Origin: an uncultured Salinivenus sp.
GTDB taxonomy: Bacteria > Bacteroidota > Rhodothermia > Rhodothermales > Salinibacteraceae
DNA length: 51,389 nt
Assembly (NCBI GenBank): GCA_964384855.1
Contig: CAYLMT010000001.1
Location: forward strand, 1-51,389
Reading direction: 5' to 3'
The translations under genes were made by a program, and so were the position numbers. The notes beneath the pieces are model-generated. The model was not told the origin of the DNA. It saw nothing but the letters and a program-made list of their open reading frames with translations, and did not search any database. This document shows, piece by piece, positions 10,015-19,076 of this stretch; position 1 is the first letter of the stretch; each line of letters opens with the position of its first letter.

Positions 10015-10069
10015 TCTTTAGATTATGCCATGCTAAAGAAGAAGCCGCGATTCCAGCGTGGAGTCGCGG
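10015..10069 (-). promoter_or_regulatory. Candidate structured rpsO 5' leader (two hairpins)
   Basis: Minus strand CCGCGA-C-TCCA(CGC)TGGA-A-TCGCGG followed by TCTTTAG...CTAAAGA, ending 16 nt before the ATG. Confidence 0.4.
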
Positions 10070-10123
10070 ATGAACGCGCCGAACATCACTCCCGTCCCAC
10101 GTCCCCAGGACAACGAGCCGCCG

Positions 10124-11059
10124 TCAGGCCAATGCTCGGACAACGGTTCTGCAACGCTCTTCGTCTTCCGAAAGTTGCGCCGCCAGCGCCTCCGGAGATT
10201 CAAACTTCTGTTCGGCCCGCAATCTTTGCAGGAACTGAACAGAGAGCGACGCCCCGTACAGGTCGCCTTCGTAGTCGAGCACGTGGACTTCGACGGTGAC
10301 GTCCATTTCGTCAAACGTGGGCCGCCGCCCAATATTCATCATGCCTCCCCGTCGGCGCCCGTCGGGTAGCGTCACGAGGGTTGCGTACACGCCCCGTTTC
10401 GGGACGAGCTTACGGGTGTCTTCGATTGCCAGATTCGCGGTGGGATACCCAAGTTTGCGGCCGCGCCCTTCGCCCCGAGCCACGACGCCATCGAGCCGGT
10501 AGGGCCGTCCTAATCGATCGTTGGCCTGCTCGATCGCCCCGTCTTCCAACAGGAGGCTCCGGATGGTGCTGGACGACACGATGTCGTGATCAACCTCCTG
10601 TGGGGGAATGACGTCGACCGCAAAGCCATATTCGGTCCCAAGCTCCTGGAGGCGATCCACGTCCCCGGCCCGATCTTTCCCAAATCGATGGTCGTAGCCG
10701 ACGGTGATCTCCTGCACCCCAATGCGTTCCACAAGCACCTCTTCGACGTACGCCTCCGGACTGAGCTGCGCAAAATCGTCCGAAAACGGAACGACCACGA
10801 ACCGATCGAGTCCGAGATCTTCCAGGAGCTCGGCGCGCTCGGCGACGGTTGTCAGGAGCGGAACCTCCTCCCCGTGCACCACAGCCCTGGGGTGTGGATC
10901 GAATGAGACGAGGGTGCTGGGCCCGTCCTGTGCCTCGGCCCGCCGCTGTAGGTAGTCGATGATCGCCTGGTGGCCCCGATGCACACCGTCGAACGTCCCG
11001 ACGGTTACGACCGACCGGGGGTCGTAGCTGATAGCATCCCAACCAATCTCGCGCTTCAT
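10124..11059 (-). CDS. ribF: Bifunctional riboflavin kinase/FAD synthetase
   Basis: GTFDGVHRGH, VGYDHRFG, SSSTIR, GRKLGYPTAN, NIGRRPT, EVHVLD. Confidence 0.97.
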   Translation of the reverse strand: MKREIGWDAISYDPRSVVTVGTFDGVHRGHQAIIDYLQRRAEAQDGPSTLVSFDPHPRAVVHGEEVPLLTTVAERAELLEDLGLDRFVVVPFSDDFAQLSPEAYVEEVLVERIGVQEITVGYDHRFGKDRAGDVDRLQELGTEYGFAVDVIPPQEVDHDIVSSSTIRSLLLEDGAIEQANDRLGRPYRLDGVVARGEGRGRKLGYPTANLAIEDTRKLVPKRGVYATLVTLPDGRRRGGMMNIGRRPTFDEMDVTVEVHVLDYEGDLYGASLSVQFLQRLRAEQKFESPEALAAQLSEDEERCRTVVRALA

Positions 11060-11077
11060 GGGCGGAGTCGAATCGTC

Positions 11078-11806
11078 CTAAGACAGCGTGTCCGTCAGGG
11101 CCTCCAGGGTCCAGCTACGCTCCACGGCAAACGGCCCAATGGCGGTGCGACGAAGAGCCGTGAGGTGGGCGCCGACGCCAAGTTCCTCACCCAGGTCGCG
11201 AGCCAACGCCCGGATGTAGGTCCCCTTCGAACACTCCACTCGAAGGGAGACCTCCGGCGGCGACCAGCCCGTAATCTCAAGGCGATCTACTCGGACCTGG
11301 CGGGGCGGCCGGTCGACGGTCTCGCCGCGTCGGGCCTTCTTGTACAGCCGCTCACCATCGACCTTCACCGCCGAGTACATGGGCGGCACCTGCTCGATGG
11401 AGCCGACGAAGGCGGCACAGGCCTCTTCGACGTCCGACCGTGTGACGCCGGAGGGGTCGGACCGCTCCACGATCTCGGTTTCAGTGTCGTGGGAGGGCGT
11501 TTTCTCTCCAAGCCGCAGGGTTGCTTCGTAGGTTTTGGGGAGCTGCATGCAGGCGGCCTGCAGGCGTGTGGCCGGCCGAGCCACCAGGATAAGAAGCAGT
11601 CCCGTGGCCATAGGGTCGAGCGTACCGGCGTGCCCCACCTTCTGAACACCCGTGCCCTCCCGCACAACCTCAACTACATCAAACGACGAGCTATCCTTCG
11701 GCTTGTCCACGGGCAAAATCGCCCCCTCCTCCCATGTCGGAAGGCGGTCGGGGGGCGAGTATATCATCTCGGGCGGAATGTCGCGCTGTGCCGCGGCGGA
11801 AGACAC
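11078..11806 (-). CDS. truB: tRNA pseudouridine(55) synthase
   Basis: KVGHAGTLDPMATGLL, QVPPMYSAVKVDGERLY, CSKGTYIRALARDLG. GTG start; the exact start is uncertain. Confidence 0.96.
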   Translation of the reverse strand: MSSAAAQRDIPPEMIYSPPDRLPTWEEGAILPVDKPKDSSSFDVVEVVREGTGVQKVGHAGTLDPMATGLLLILVARPATRLQAACMQLPKTYEATLRLGEKTPSHDTETEIVERSDPSGVTRSDVEEACAAFVGSIEQVPPMYSAVKVDGERLYKKARRGETVDRPPRQVRVDRLEITGWSPPEVSLRVECSKGTYIRALARDLGEELGVGAHLTALRRTAIGPFAVERSWTLEALTDTLS

Positions 11807-11851
11807 GTCTCGTTCTACATCTGAGTGGAAGAAACCAGCCGGTTTTCGAGC

Positions 11852-12250
11852 TCACTCACGATCCTCGGAGGCGTTCTCCGCGTCTCCTAGCCGCCGCTCT
11901 CGTTCTTCGCGGATGCGGTCGAACAGATTCTCCATCCGCTTTGCCTCCTCCAACGACTCGTCGTGGAAGAACTTGAGCTCCGGAATCTCCCGGACCTTGT
12001 GCCGGATCCGAGATGCCAGTTGTTCCCGAATCTCGTCCGCAAGGCTTTCCAACTGTCGAAAGGTGGCCTCTCGCTCCTCGGCAGTGTCGCCCATCACGCT
12101 GGCGTAGAGGTAGGCGATCGACAGGTCCCCGGTGACGCGAGCACGGGTGATCGTCACCATCGGCTGGAGCCGGTCTGCGTACTCGCGTTGGAGAATGCGG
12201 GCGACCTCGCGTTGAACGAGTTCCGCGACACGTTCGGTGTACACACTCAT
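11852..12250 (-). CDS. rbfA: Ribosome-binding factor A
   Basis: [38 protein letters not shown]. Located between infB and truB. Confidence 0.95.
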   Translation of the reverse strand: MSVYTERVAELVQREVARILQREYADRLQPMVTITRARVTGDLSIAYLYASVMGDTAEEREATFRQLESLADEIREQLASRIRHKVREIPELKFFHDESLEEAKRMENLFDRIREERERRLGDAENASEDRE

Positions 12251-12325
12251 CGTGGACAGGGAGGTGGGGTTAAACCATCACAGGACAGACTCGGGCCGAA
12301 AGCGACTTCGAGGTCGAAAACCGGA

Positions 12326-15310
12326 TTAGACCTCGAGCTCCCGGGCCTCTTCGACGATCACGTAGGTTTCGAACTCGTCCCCAACCTTCACGTCGTCGAA
12401 GTTTTCGATCGAGAGGCCGCATTCGTATCCGCTCTGGACCTCTTTCACGTCCTCCTCGAACCGTTTGAGCGAACTGATCTCGCCCTCGTACTGCACCACG
12501 CCGTCTCGGACGACCCGGACCTTGTGGTTTCGGCCCACGGTACCCTCGTTGACGTAGCAGCCCGCTACCGTTCCCACGTCGGGGACGCTGAACGTCTCGC
12601 GGACCTCGGCGCGGCCCTTCGTTTCCTCGCGGCGCTCGGGGGAGAGCAACCCTTCGAGGGCGTCGCGAACGTCCTCAATGGCCGAGTAGATAACCGAGTA
12701 GGTCCGAATGTCGACCTCCTCGCGCTGGGCCGCCTCGCGGGCACCGGAGGTAGGACGCACTTGGAAGCCGAGAATGATGGCGTCCGACGCTCGGGCCAGC
12801 ATCACGTCGCTTTCGGTGATGGCCCCCACGCCGCTGTGGATGACGTTCACGGCGACCTCGTCGGTCTTCAACTTGAGGAGGGCGTCGGACAGCGCCTCGA
12901 CGGAGCCTCCCACGTCAGCCTTGATGATGAGGTTAAGCTCGTGGAACTCGCCCTCGGCCATCTGGCGACTAACCTGATCGAGAGAGACCTGGCTCTGCCG
13001 GCGGAGCTCCTGCTCGCGGTGAATGCGCTGACGCTCCTGCGCCACTTCGCGGGCCTCGCTCTCGCTGTCCATGACCACGAACTGGTCGCCCACCTCGGGG
13101 GAGCCGTCGCACCCGAGCACGAGGGCGGGCTGCGACGGACCTACGGACTCGATGCGGTTGTCCCGCTCGTCGAACATGGCCCGGACGCTCCCGCTGTGGA
13201 TCCCAGCAAGGAACGGGTCGCCCGTTTCGAGGGTGCCGTTCTGGACGAGTACGGTGATGACATTTCCGCGTCCCTTCTCCAGCCGGCTTTCAATGATGAC
13301 GCCGGAAGCCTCTCGGTCGGGATTGGCCTGCAGCTCCATAATCTCGGACTGCAGGATGACCTTATCGAGCAGGTCGTTGATGCCCTCGCCCGTCTCGGCG
13401 GAGACCTCGGCGGACTGGACATCCCCACCGTATTCCTCCACGAGGACGTTGTGCTCTGCGAGCTCGGCCCGCACCTTCTCGGCGTCCGCCTCGCGCTTGT
13501 CCATCTTATTGATGGCCACCACGATGGGCACGTCGGCGGCCTGAGCGTGGTTGATGGCCTCCTTTGTCTGCGGCATCACCGAGTCGTCGGCGGCGACGAC
13601 CAGGATCACGAGGTCAGTAGCCTTGGCGCCACGGGCCCGCATGGCGGTAAACGCCTCGTGGCCCGGCGTGTCGAGAAAGGTAATGGCTTCGTCGTCGTGG
13701 TCGGTGAGCTCCACGTAGTGCGCTCCCACGTGCTGGGTGATTCCCCCCTCCTCTCCGGCCACCACGTTGGCGTTCCGGATGTAGTCGAGAAGCGAGGTCT
13801 TGCCGTGGTCGACGTGTCCCATCACCGTAACGACCGGGGCACGCGGTTCGAGATCTTCCGGGTCGTCTTCCTCGACCTCAACGGCCTGCGTGTCCCGCTC
13901 CGCGACAAACTCGACCTCGTAGCCGTACTCGTCGGCGACAAACTCGATCGTCTCCGTGTCGAGACGTTGATTGATGGACACCATCATGCCCGCGTCGAAC
14001 AACGTGTCGATCACGTCGCTCACGGGCTCCCCGATCAGGTTCGCGAGCTCGCCGGTCGTGACGAACTCAGTCACCTCGAGGATATTCTCTTGCTCACGCT
14101 TCCGCTCACGCCGGCGCTGGCGCTCCTCTTCGTGTCGCTTGCGGCGACGTCGGCGGCGACGCTGGCGCTCGCGACTGGCGCCCTGCTCCAACTCTTGCAG
14201 CGTCTCCTGCAAGGTCTGTTCGATGTCTTCCTCGTCGGGGCCTCCGCCGCCCTTCTGCTTCTGTTTCTGCTTCTTCTTGCCCTTCTTTTTCTTCTTGTCT
14301 TTCTTGCTCTTCTTCTTACGCTTCTTTTTGTCCTTTTCTTCTTTCTTCTTGCGCTTGCGCTTCCGCTCGGGACGCTGCAGTTGGTCGCTGTCCATCTTGC
14401 CGACCACACTGGGCCCCTTGAGGCGATAGCGTCCGGCCTTCAGGGTTTCTTCTCTCGGTTCCCCCGCACCATCTTCTGCTTCGTCGGTCGACGCTTCGTC
14501 CGACGCTTCCCCCTCGGCCGTATCGGCAGCCTCTGCTTCGGGCTCAGTGGATTCGTCCGGAGCCTCGGTCTCCTCCTCAGGAACGCTGTCTTCGACCTCT
14601 TCCGTCGGCGTCACGTCTTCCGCAGGAGCTGGCTCTTCCTGTTCCTCGTCGGACGGAGCTTCTGGCTCTTCCTCGGTCGGTTCCGGCGCAGTGGCCTCGA
14701 CTTCGACATCTTCGTCGACATCTGCCTCGGCCTCCGCCGCTTCCGGAGCGTCGGGATCCGGCTTCTCCTCCCCGACTTCCTCGGCCTCCGGAGTGACCTC
14801 TTCCGCAACCGCTGCCTCTTCGGTCTCCTCGGCTTCGTCAGGGGAAACAGCCTGGGCATCCGGTGATGCCTCGTCGGCAGTCCCCTCAACGGGCGCCTCC
14901 TCCTCAGTGGTCTCCGTCTCGTCAAGTGTCTCTTCTTCCTGTGCGGTCTCAGCCTCGGTGTCAACCGGCGCTTGTTCCTCCTCGTCACCCTCGTCCTCGA
15001 CGGCGGACTCCGGCTCGGCCTCCTGCTCCTCATCAAGGGTGGCGACCTCGTCCCGCTCCGGACCAGTGTCCTCGTCCTCCGAGCGAAGTTCCCGAATCCG
15101 GGCCGCCACCTCTGCATCGTCGGCGTACTCCTCCCGCAAGACGAGATACGCCTCCTCGTCCACAATCTTGGCGTTGAGGCCTGATCCAGAAAGGGCGTCC
15201 TCGTAGCCCTCCTCCTCTAGAAACTCTACCACCCGGTCCTGGGAGACATTCAGCTCCCGGACGACCTGAAAGAGTTTCTTTTCTTGAAAGTCTTTCGTCT
15301 TGGTTGCCAT
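12326..15310 (-). CDS. infB: Translation initiation factor IF-2
   Basis: 994 aa. G-domain motifs [13 protein letters not shown] and NKMD, plus GGITQH and C-terminal [17 protein letters not shown]. Long charged N-terminal region. Confidence 0.98.
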   Translation of the reverse strand: MATKTKDFQEKKLFQVVRELNVSQDRVVEFLEEEGYEDALSGSGLNAKIVDEEAYLVLREEYADDAEVAARIRELRSEDEDTGPERDEVATLDEEQEAEPESAVEDEGDEEEQAPVDTEAETAQEEETLDETETTEEEAPVEGTADEASPDAQAVSPDEAEETEEAAVAEEVTPEAEEVGEEKPDPDAPEAAEAEADVDEDVEVEATAPEPTEEEPEAPSDEEQEEPAPAEDVTPTEEVEDSVPEEETEAPDESTEPEAEAADTAEGEASDEASTDEAEDGAGEPREETLKAGRYRLKGPSVVGKMDSDQLQRPERKRKRKKKEEKDKKKRKKKSKKDKKKKKGKKKQKQKQKGGGGPDEEDIEQTLQETLQELEQGASRERQRRRRRRRKRHEEERQRRRERKREQENILEVTEFVTTGELANLIGEPVSDVIDTLFDAGMMVSINQRLDTETIEFVADEYGYEVEFVAERDTQAVEVEEDDPEDLEPRAPVVTVMGHVDHGKTSLLDYIRNANVVAGEEGGITQHVGAHYVELTDHDDEAITFLDTPGHEAFTAMRARGAKATDLVILVVAADDSVMPQTKEAINHAQAADVPIVVAINKMDKREADAEKVRAELAEHNVLVEEYGGDVQSAEVSAETGEGINDLLDKVILQSEIMELQANPDREASGVIIESRLEKGRGNVITVLVQNGTLETGDPFLAGIHSGSVRAMFDERDNRIESVGPSQPALVLGCDGSPEVGDQFVVMDSESEAREVAQERQRIHREQELRRQSQVSLDQVSRQMAEGEFHELNLIIKADVGGSVEALSDALLKLKTDEVAVNVIHSGVGAITESDVMLARASDAIILGFQVRPTSGAREAAQREEVDIRTYSVIYSAIEDVRDALEGLLSPERREETKGRAEVRETFSVPDVGTVAGCYVNEGTVGRNHKVRVVRDGVVQYEGEISSLKRFEEDVKEVQSGYECGLSIENFDDVKVGDEFETYVIVEEARELEV

Positions 15311-15341
15311 ATGGCAATCGGTTGTTGCTCGGACTCACTAC

Positions 15342-15371
15342 AAAAACGACCGCCGAGATTCCCCCGGCGGC
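15342..15371 (-). terminator. Terminator-like hairpin between nusA and infB
   Basis: Minus strand GCCGCCGGGG-GAA-TCTCGGCGGT-CG-TTTTT, starting 8 nt after the nusA stop. The stem includes G-U pairs and the U-tract is offset by 2 nt. Confidence 0.5.
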
Positions 15372-15379
15372 ATGGACGG

Positions 15380-17005
15380 CTAAGATCGAACCTCGGGCTC
15401 TTCGGGGGTCGACTCTGCTTCCTGTTCCTCCTCCTCGGAGGAACTTTCGGGGATCTCGTCCTCGTCGGCCTCTCCGTCGCCGACCTGCTCTTCCACGTTC
15501 GGAGACTCGGCCGAAGACGATTCGTCTGCGTCTGAGTTCTCAGCCTCTGTTCCAGAAGGCTCCTCTTCAGATTCCGGCTCCTGGTCGTCCTCGTCGACCG
15601 GGGCTTCCGAGGTGGCGGTTTCGGTCTCCTCCGCCTCAGCCGCTGCGCTCGCTTCGGCTGCGGCCTCGCTGGACGTGGTGCCGTCCGTCTCGGCCTCCTC
15701 GGCCGTCTGCACGGACTCCACCGTAAACCGTCCCTGCCGGATGGACTCGATGATGCCCGGTCCCTTCTCGAACTCGGTCTCGATGATTTCCAGTACCCGC
15801 TCGGCGGTCTCGCGATCGAGGTCGGCGCGACGGGCCAGGGCATCCGCCGTCAGCTCAAGCACGGCCTTCCCGGTATCACACCCGATCCGCTTCAGCTTCT
15901 CAATGGTCTCCTCTGTAAGTTCATCGCCAAACTGCTCGATGTCAATGTCCTCCTCGTCCGCCGGAATTTCGCGGTAGACGTCAATCTCGTACCCGGTCAA
16001 CTGCGAGGCGAGCTTGATGTTGACACCCCGCTTGCCGATAGCCTGACTTACCTCGTCGGCCGGCACTTCCACACGGGCCCGCGGCGGCTCTTCATCTTCA
16101 TTAAGAGTGACATTCGTCGGTTCGGCCGGCGACAGGGCCCGGGCGATGAGCTCCTGGGGATCGTCGGACCACTGCATGACGTCGATGTTTTCGTCGGAGA
16201 GCTCCCGGACGACGGCGTTGATTCGGACGCCCTTTACGCCCACGCATGCGCCCACCGGATCCACCTTTTCGTCGTGACTCTCCACGGCCACCTTGGCGCG
16301 ATCCCCGGGAATCCGGGCCACCTTTTTGATCTCGACGATCCCATCGTGCACCTCCGGCACCTCCACCTCAAAGAGGCGCTCCATGAAAATCGGCGAGGTG
16401 CGGCTCACGACCACCTGTGGGTCGCTGCCGGCATCGCGACGCACCTCCTTGACCACAGTACGGAGCATATTGCCCTTCCGGTAGTGGTCCCCCGGAATCT
16501 GCTCGTCGCGGGGCAGCACCAGTTCGGTATCCTCATGCATCAAAAGCGTCTCATGGCGACGAACCTGGTAAATCTCCCCGACGACAATTTCGCCAATGAG
16601 CTCGGTGTACTCCTGATACACCTGCTCCTTCTCAATATCGCGGATTCGCTGGCGGAAGGTCTGCCGCGCGGTCATCACAGCCCGGCGCCCAAACTCACTG
16701 ACATCCAGGCCGCCGGCCACCTCGTCACCCACATCAAAATTCTCGTCGATCTTCTTGGCCTCGGACTCCTTAATCTCGGTCACCGGGTCTTCGACCTCCC
16801 AGTCCCCAACAACCTCCTGAATGTGGAGAATCTGGATGTCCCCTTGCTTCGGATTGAAAATGATCTCGAAGGCCTCGTCCGAGCCGTACCGCTTGCGAAG
16901 CATCGCGCGGAACACGTCCTCAACGATGATCTGCAGCGTGTCCCGGTCCATGTCCTTGGACCGGGCAATTTCCCCAAATGAGGAGATCAGGTCTTCGCTT
17001 CGCAT
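15380..17005 (-). CDS. nusA: Transcription termination/antitermination factor NusA
   Basis: FGRRAVMTARQ, S1 domain, KH motifs ARIPGDRAKVAV..DPVGACVGVKG and AIGKRGVNIKLASQLTGYEID, followed by an acidic C-terminal tail. Confidence 0.98.
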   Translation of the reverse strand: MRSEDLISSFGEIARSKDMDRDTLQIIVEDVFRAMLRKRYGSDEAFEIIFNPKQGDIQILHIQEVVGDWEVEDPVTEIKESEAKKIDENFDVGDEVAGGLDVSEFGRRAVMTARQTFRQRIRDIEKEQVYQEYTELIGEIVVGEIYQVRRHETLLMHEDTELVLPRDEQIPGDHYRKGNMLRTVVKEVRRDAGSDPQVVVSRTSPIFMERLFEVEVPEVHDGIVEIKKVARIPGDRAKVAVESHDEKVDPVGACVGVKGVRINAVVRELSDENIDVMQWSDDPQELIARALSPAEPTNVTLNEDEEPPRARVEVPADEVSQAIGKRGVNIKLASQLTGYEIDVYREIPADEEDIDIEQFGDELTEETIEKLKRIGCDTGKAVLELTADALARRADLDRETAERVLEIIETEFEKGPGIIESIRQGRFTVESVQTAEEAETDGTTSSEAAAEASAAAEAEETETATSEAPVDEDDQEPESEEEPSGTEAENSDADESSSAESPNVEEQVGDGEADEDEIPESSSEEEEQEAESTPEEPEVRS

Positions 17006-17071
17006 AATCCGTCTCGTCCTGTGAAGAAGTATGTCCGCGTAGCCCGCCGCGTCCGCTCCCTCGGCGTCCTC

Positions 17072-17539
17072 CTACCAGGGCAACTCGATCCGTGCCTGGG
17101 TAATCGCCGTGTAGGGCAGTTGAAGGCGCTCCGCCGAAGGGAGCTCTAGCTCAATTTCTTCGTCGTTTGCGTCTGTCAAATCCCCCACCACAATCTCTTC
17201 GTCCCCATCATCCTCAAATCGTACACGCAACGTCCGGCCAACGTTCTTCCGATACTGCGCCGGCATCGTCAAAGGACGCTTAATCCCAGGCGAGGAGAGC
17301 TCAAGCTTGTAGCTCCCATCCACCACGTCCTCCACGTCGAGCAGGAACCCGACCTCTTTGCTGATGAGCGCAAGATCGTCGTGGCCCATTTCCTCTTCGG
17401 AATCCACGTACACCTCGACGACCCGCGTCCCCTTATGGCCCCGCACCTCCACGTCCACCAAAAAGTAGTCGGTCCCGGCGATGACTTCCTCCGTCAACCC
17501 GGAAATCCGGTCGGCAAGGTGTTGTTGCGTAGGGTTCAC
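17072..17539 (-). CDS. rimP: Ribosome maturation factor RimP
   Basis: YFLVDVEV..VEVYVD and YKLELSSPGIKRPL. First gene of rimP-nusA-infB. GTG at 17539 preferred because the longer ORF start runs through terminator hairpins. Confidence 0.93.
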   Translation of the reverse strand: MNPTQQHLADRISGLTEEVIAGTDYFLVDVEVRGHKGTRVVEVYVDSEEEMGHDDLALISKEVGFLLDVEDVVDGSYKLELSSPGIKRPLTMPAQYRKNVGRTLRVRFEDDGDEEIVVGDLTDANDEEIELELPSAERLQLPYTAITQARIELPW

Positions 17540-17575
17540 AAGTGCAAGCGTCAAGCGTCCAAAAGCACCTAGTGC

Positions 17576-17610
17576 AAAAAAGCGCCCGGCCCGACAGGCG
17601 GGACGAGCGC
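17576..17610 (-). terminator. Second terminator-like hairpin in the rimP leader
   Basis: Minus strand GCGCTCG-T-CCCG-CCTGT-CGGG-C-CGGGCGC-TTTTTT. Confidence 0.6.
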
Positions 17611-17673
17611 CAGGTGCAGCTCCGGATGTCCGAGCCGCTTCTTCAATCTCCGGATGCCCACGGGCATCAGTAC

Positions 17674-17701
17674 AAAAAGGTGGCGCCGGGGGCCACCTTT
17701 T
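17674..17701 (-). promoter_or_regulatory. rimP-leader-type attenuator/terminator hairpin
   Basis: Minus strand AAAAGGTGGC-CCCCGGC-GCCACCTTTTT. It resembles the short conserved terminator described upstream of rimP-nusA-infB operons, and could also serve as the prfB terminator. Confidence 0.7.
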
Positions 17702-17830
17702 CGCGCTGCAGATTCCAGCGGACCACGAAACACGCGTGTCAAAACGTTGCAACGTTCGCCCCCACCCGATGTTTCTACGCGCCACTCCGCCCGACCCTCC
17801 TGCCGGGCAACGGTCTGAGCGGGGAGCAGG

Positions 17831-18968
17831 TTACACCGGAGACGTGTCCCGGTCTTTTTTGCCCTTCAGGAGGTAGGCCTTGATGAACGGATCCAACTCG
17901 CCCTCCAGCACGGCCTCGGCGTCGGTCCGCTTGGTCTCCGTCCGATGGTCGTTCACCATCGTATAGGGATGCAACACGTACGAGCGAATCTGACTACCCC
18001 ACTCGATGCTCTTTTTCTGGTTCTCGAGGCGCTCCTTCTCCTCTTCCTTGAGCTGTCGTTCGGCCTGGTAGATGCGACTCTTGAGCATCTCACGGGCACG
18101 ACGGCGATTCTGGTGCTGGCTCCGCTCCTGCGTACACGCGGCGCGAACGGTCGTCTCTTCGCCGTTAGACAATTCGCCGGTCCAGATCAGCCGTACCCCT
18201 GTTTCGACCCGGTTGACGTGCTGCCCCCCCTTCCCCCCGGATCGAAAGGTCTGCAGTTCGATCTCCCCCTCGTCCAGGTTCACGTCGATGCTGTCGTCCA
18301 CCTCGGGATAGACAAAGACGCTCGCAAACGAAGTATGGCGGCGGCCGTCGGCGTCGAAAGGCGAGATTCGGACCAGCCGGTGTACGCCCGTCTCGCTCTT
18401 GAGCCGACCGTAGGCGTAGGTTCCCTGAACATTGAGGGTCGCGCTCTTAATTCCGGCTTCTTCCCCGGGCTGCTGGTGGACGAGCTCCACGTCATAGTCC
18501 TTCTCCTCGGCCCAGCGCATGTACATGCGGAGCAACATCTCCGCCCAATCCTGACTTTCGGTCCCCCCAGCCCCGGGATTAATTTCGAGGATGGCGTCTC
18601 GCTCGTCGTCGGGCTCGTCGAGGAGGCTTTCCAGCTCCAGCCGGTCAAGCTTCTTCTCGAGCTTTCGGGCCTCCGCGGCAATCTCGTCCGACATGTCCTG
18701 GTCTTCCTCGTCGGCGAGAAGCTGGAGCGTTTCGATGTCCTCGGCCTGCTCCTTCAAGTCCTCCCAGGCCTCGATCCACTCTTCTTCCCGGGCGATGCGC
18801 TTCTCAATCTCACGGGCCCGGTCCGGATCCTCCCAAAAGTCGGGATCCATCCGCTCCTGATTCAGCTCCTCGACGGTCATGCGGCGACCGTCTACGTCAA
18901 AGATAGCCCCCGAGCGCCTCCACGCGCTCGATTAGCTGTTCGAGGTCCTCATCCGAGTACGACTTCAT
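17831..18968 (-). CDS. prfB: Peptide chain release factor 2, expressed by programmed +1 frameshift
   Basis: ATG 18968 gives 23 codons (MKSYSDEDLEQLIERVEALGGYL), then CTT TGA C at 18902-18896. The +1 frame continues DVDGRR into the 349-aa ORF containing the RF2 SPF anticodon motif and GGQ. Total 378 aa. Confidence 0.97.
18896..18911 (-). promoter_or_regulatory. prfB +1 frameshift cassette
   Basis: Minus strand GGGGG-C-TAT-CTT-TGA-C: internal SD-like G run, slippery CTT, in-frame TGA followed by C. Confidence 0.93.
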
Positions 18969-19076
18969 GGTAGAAAGGGGGATTCGACAAGAGAATGACT
19001 CAAGCCAAGACTGGCCATGTTCGGAAACCGCGGCCCAAACAGGGATGTTTCTCTGGGCCGGTCGCGGGCAAGCCCC

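Noticed and set aside
11078-11806. TruB lacks the C-terminal PUA domain
   Set aside because: Short TruB is ordinary in Bacteroidota-related lineages, and all catalytic motifs are intact.
14250-14370. TTC/CTT-rich low-complexity DNA resembling a microsatellite or repeat array
   Set aside because: It is the antisense of Lys/Glu codons within infB, with no regular repeat-spacer structure, so it is not CRISPR.
11963-14866. 967-aa + strand ORF antisense to infB/rbfA, and similar long antisense ORFs (8362-9720, 33645-34901, 44925-45959, 20417-21472)
   Set aside because: These are codon-aligned mirror frames of conserved genes. High GC3 removes antisense stop codons, and the translations are L/V/G/H-rich with no recognisable motifs.
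10049-17720. Shared 10-mer GATTCCAGCG in both the rpsO (10049-10058) and rimP (17711-17720) upstream regions
   Set aside because: Chance 10-mer matches are expected in a 51-kb GC-rich window, and the flanks do not align.
17540-17785. N-terminal extension of RimP in the ORF track
   Set aside because: It crosses two terminator hairpins and has non-protein-like composition. GTG 17539 gives a normal-length RimP.
18881-18968. prfB appears 5'-truncated or pseudogenised in the ORF track
   Set aside because: Fully explained by the canonical CTT TGA C programmed +1 frameshift.
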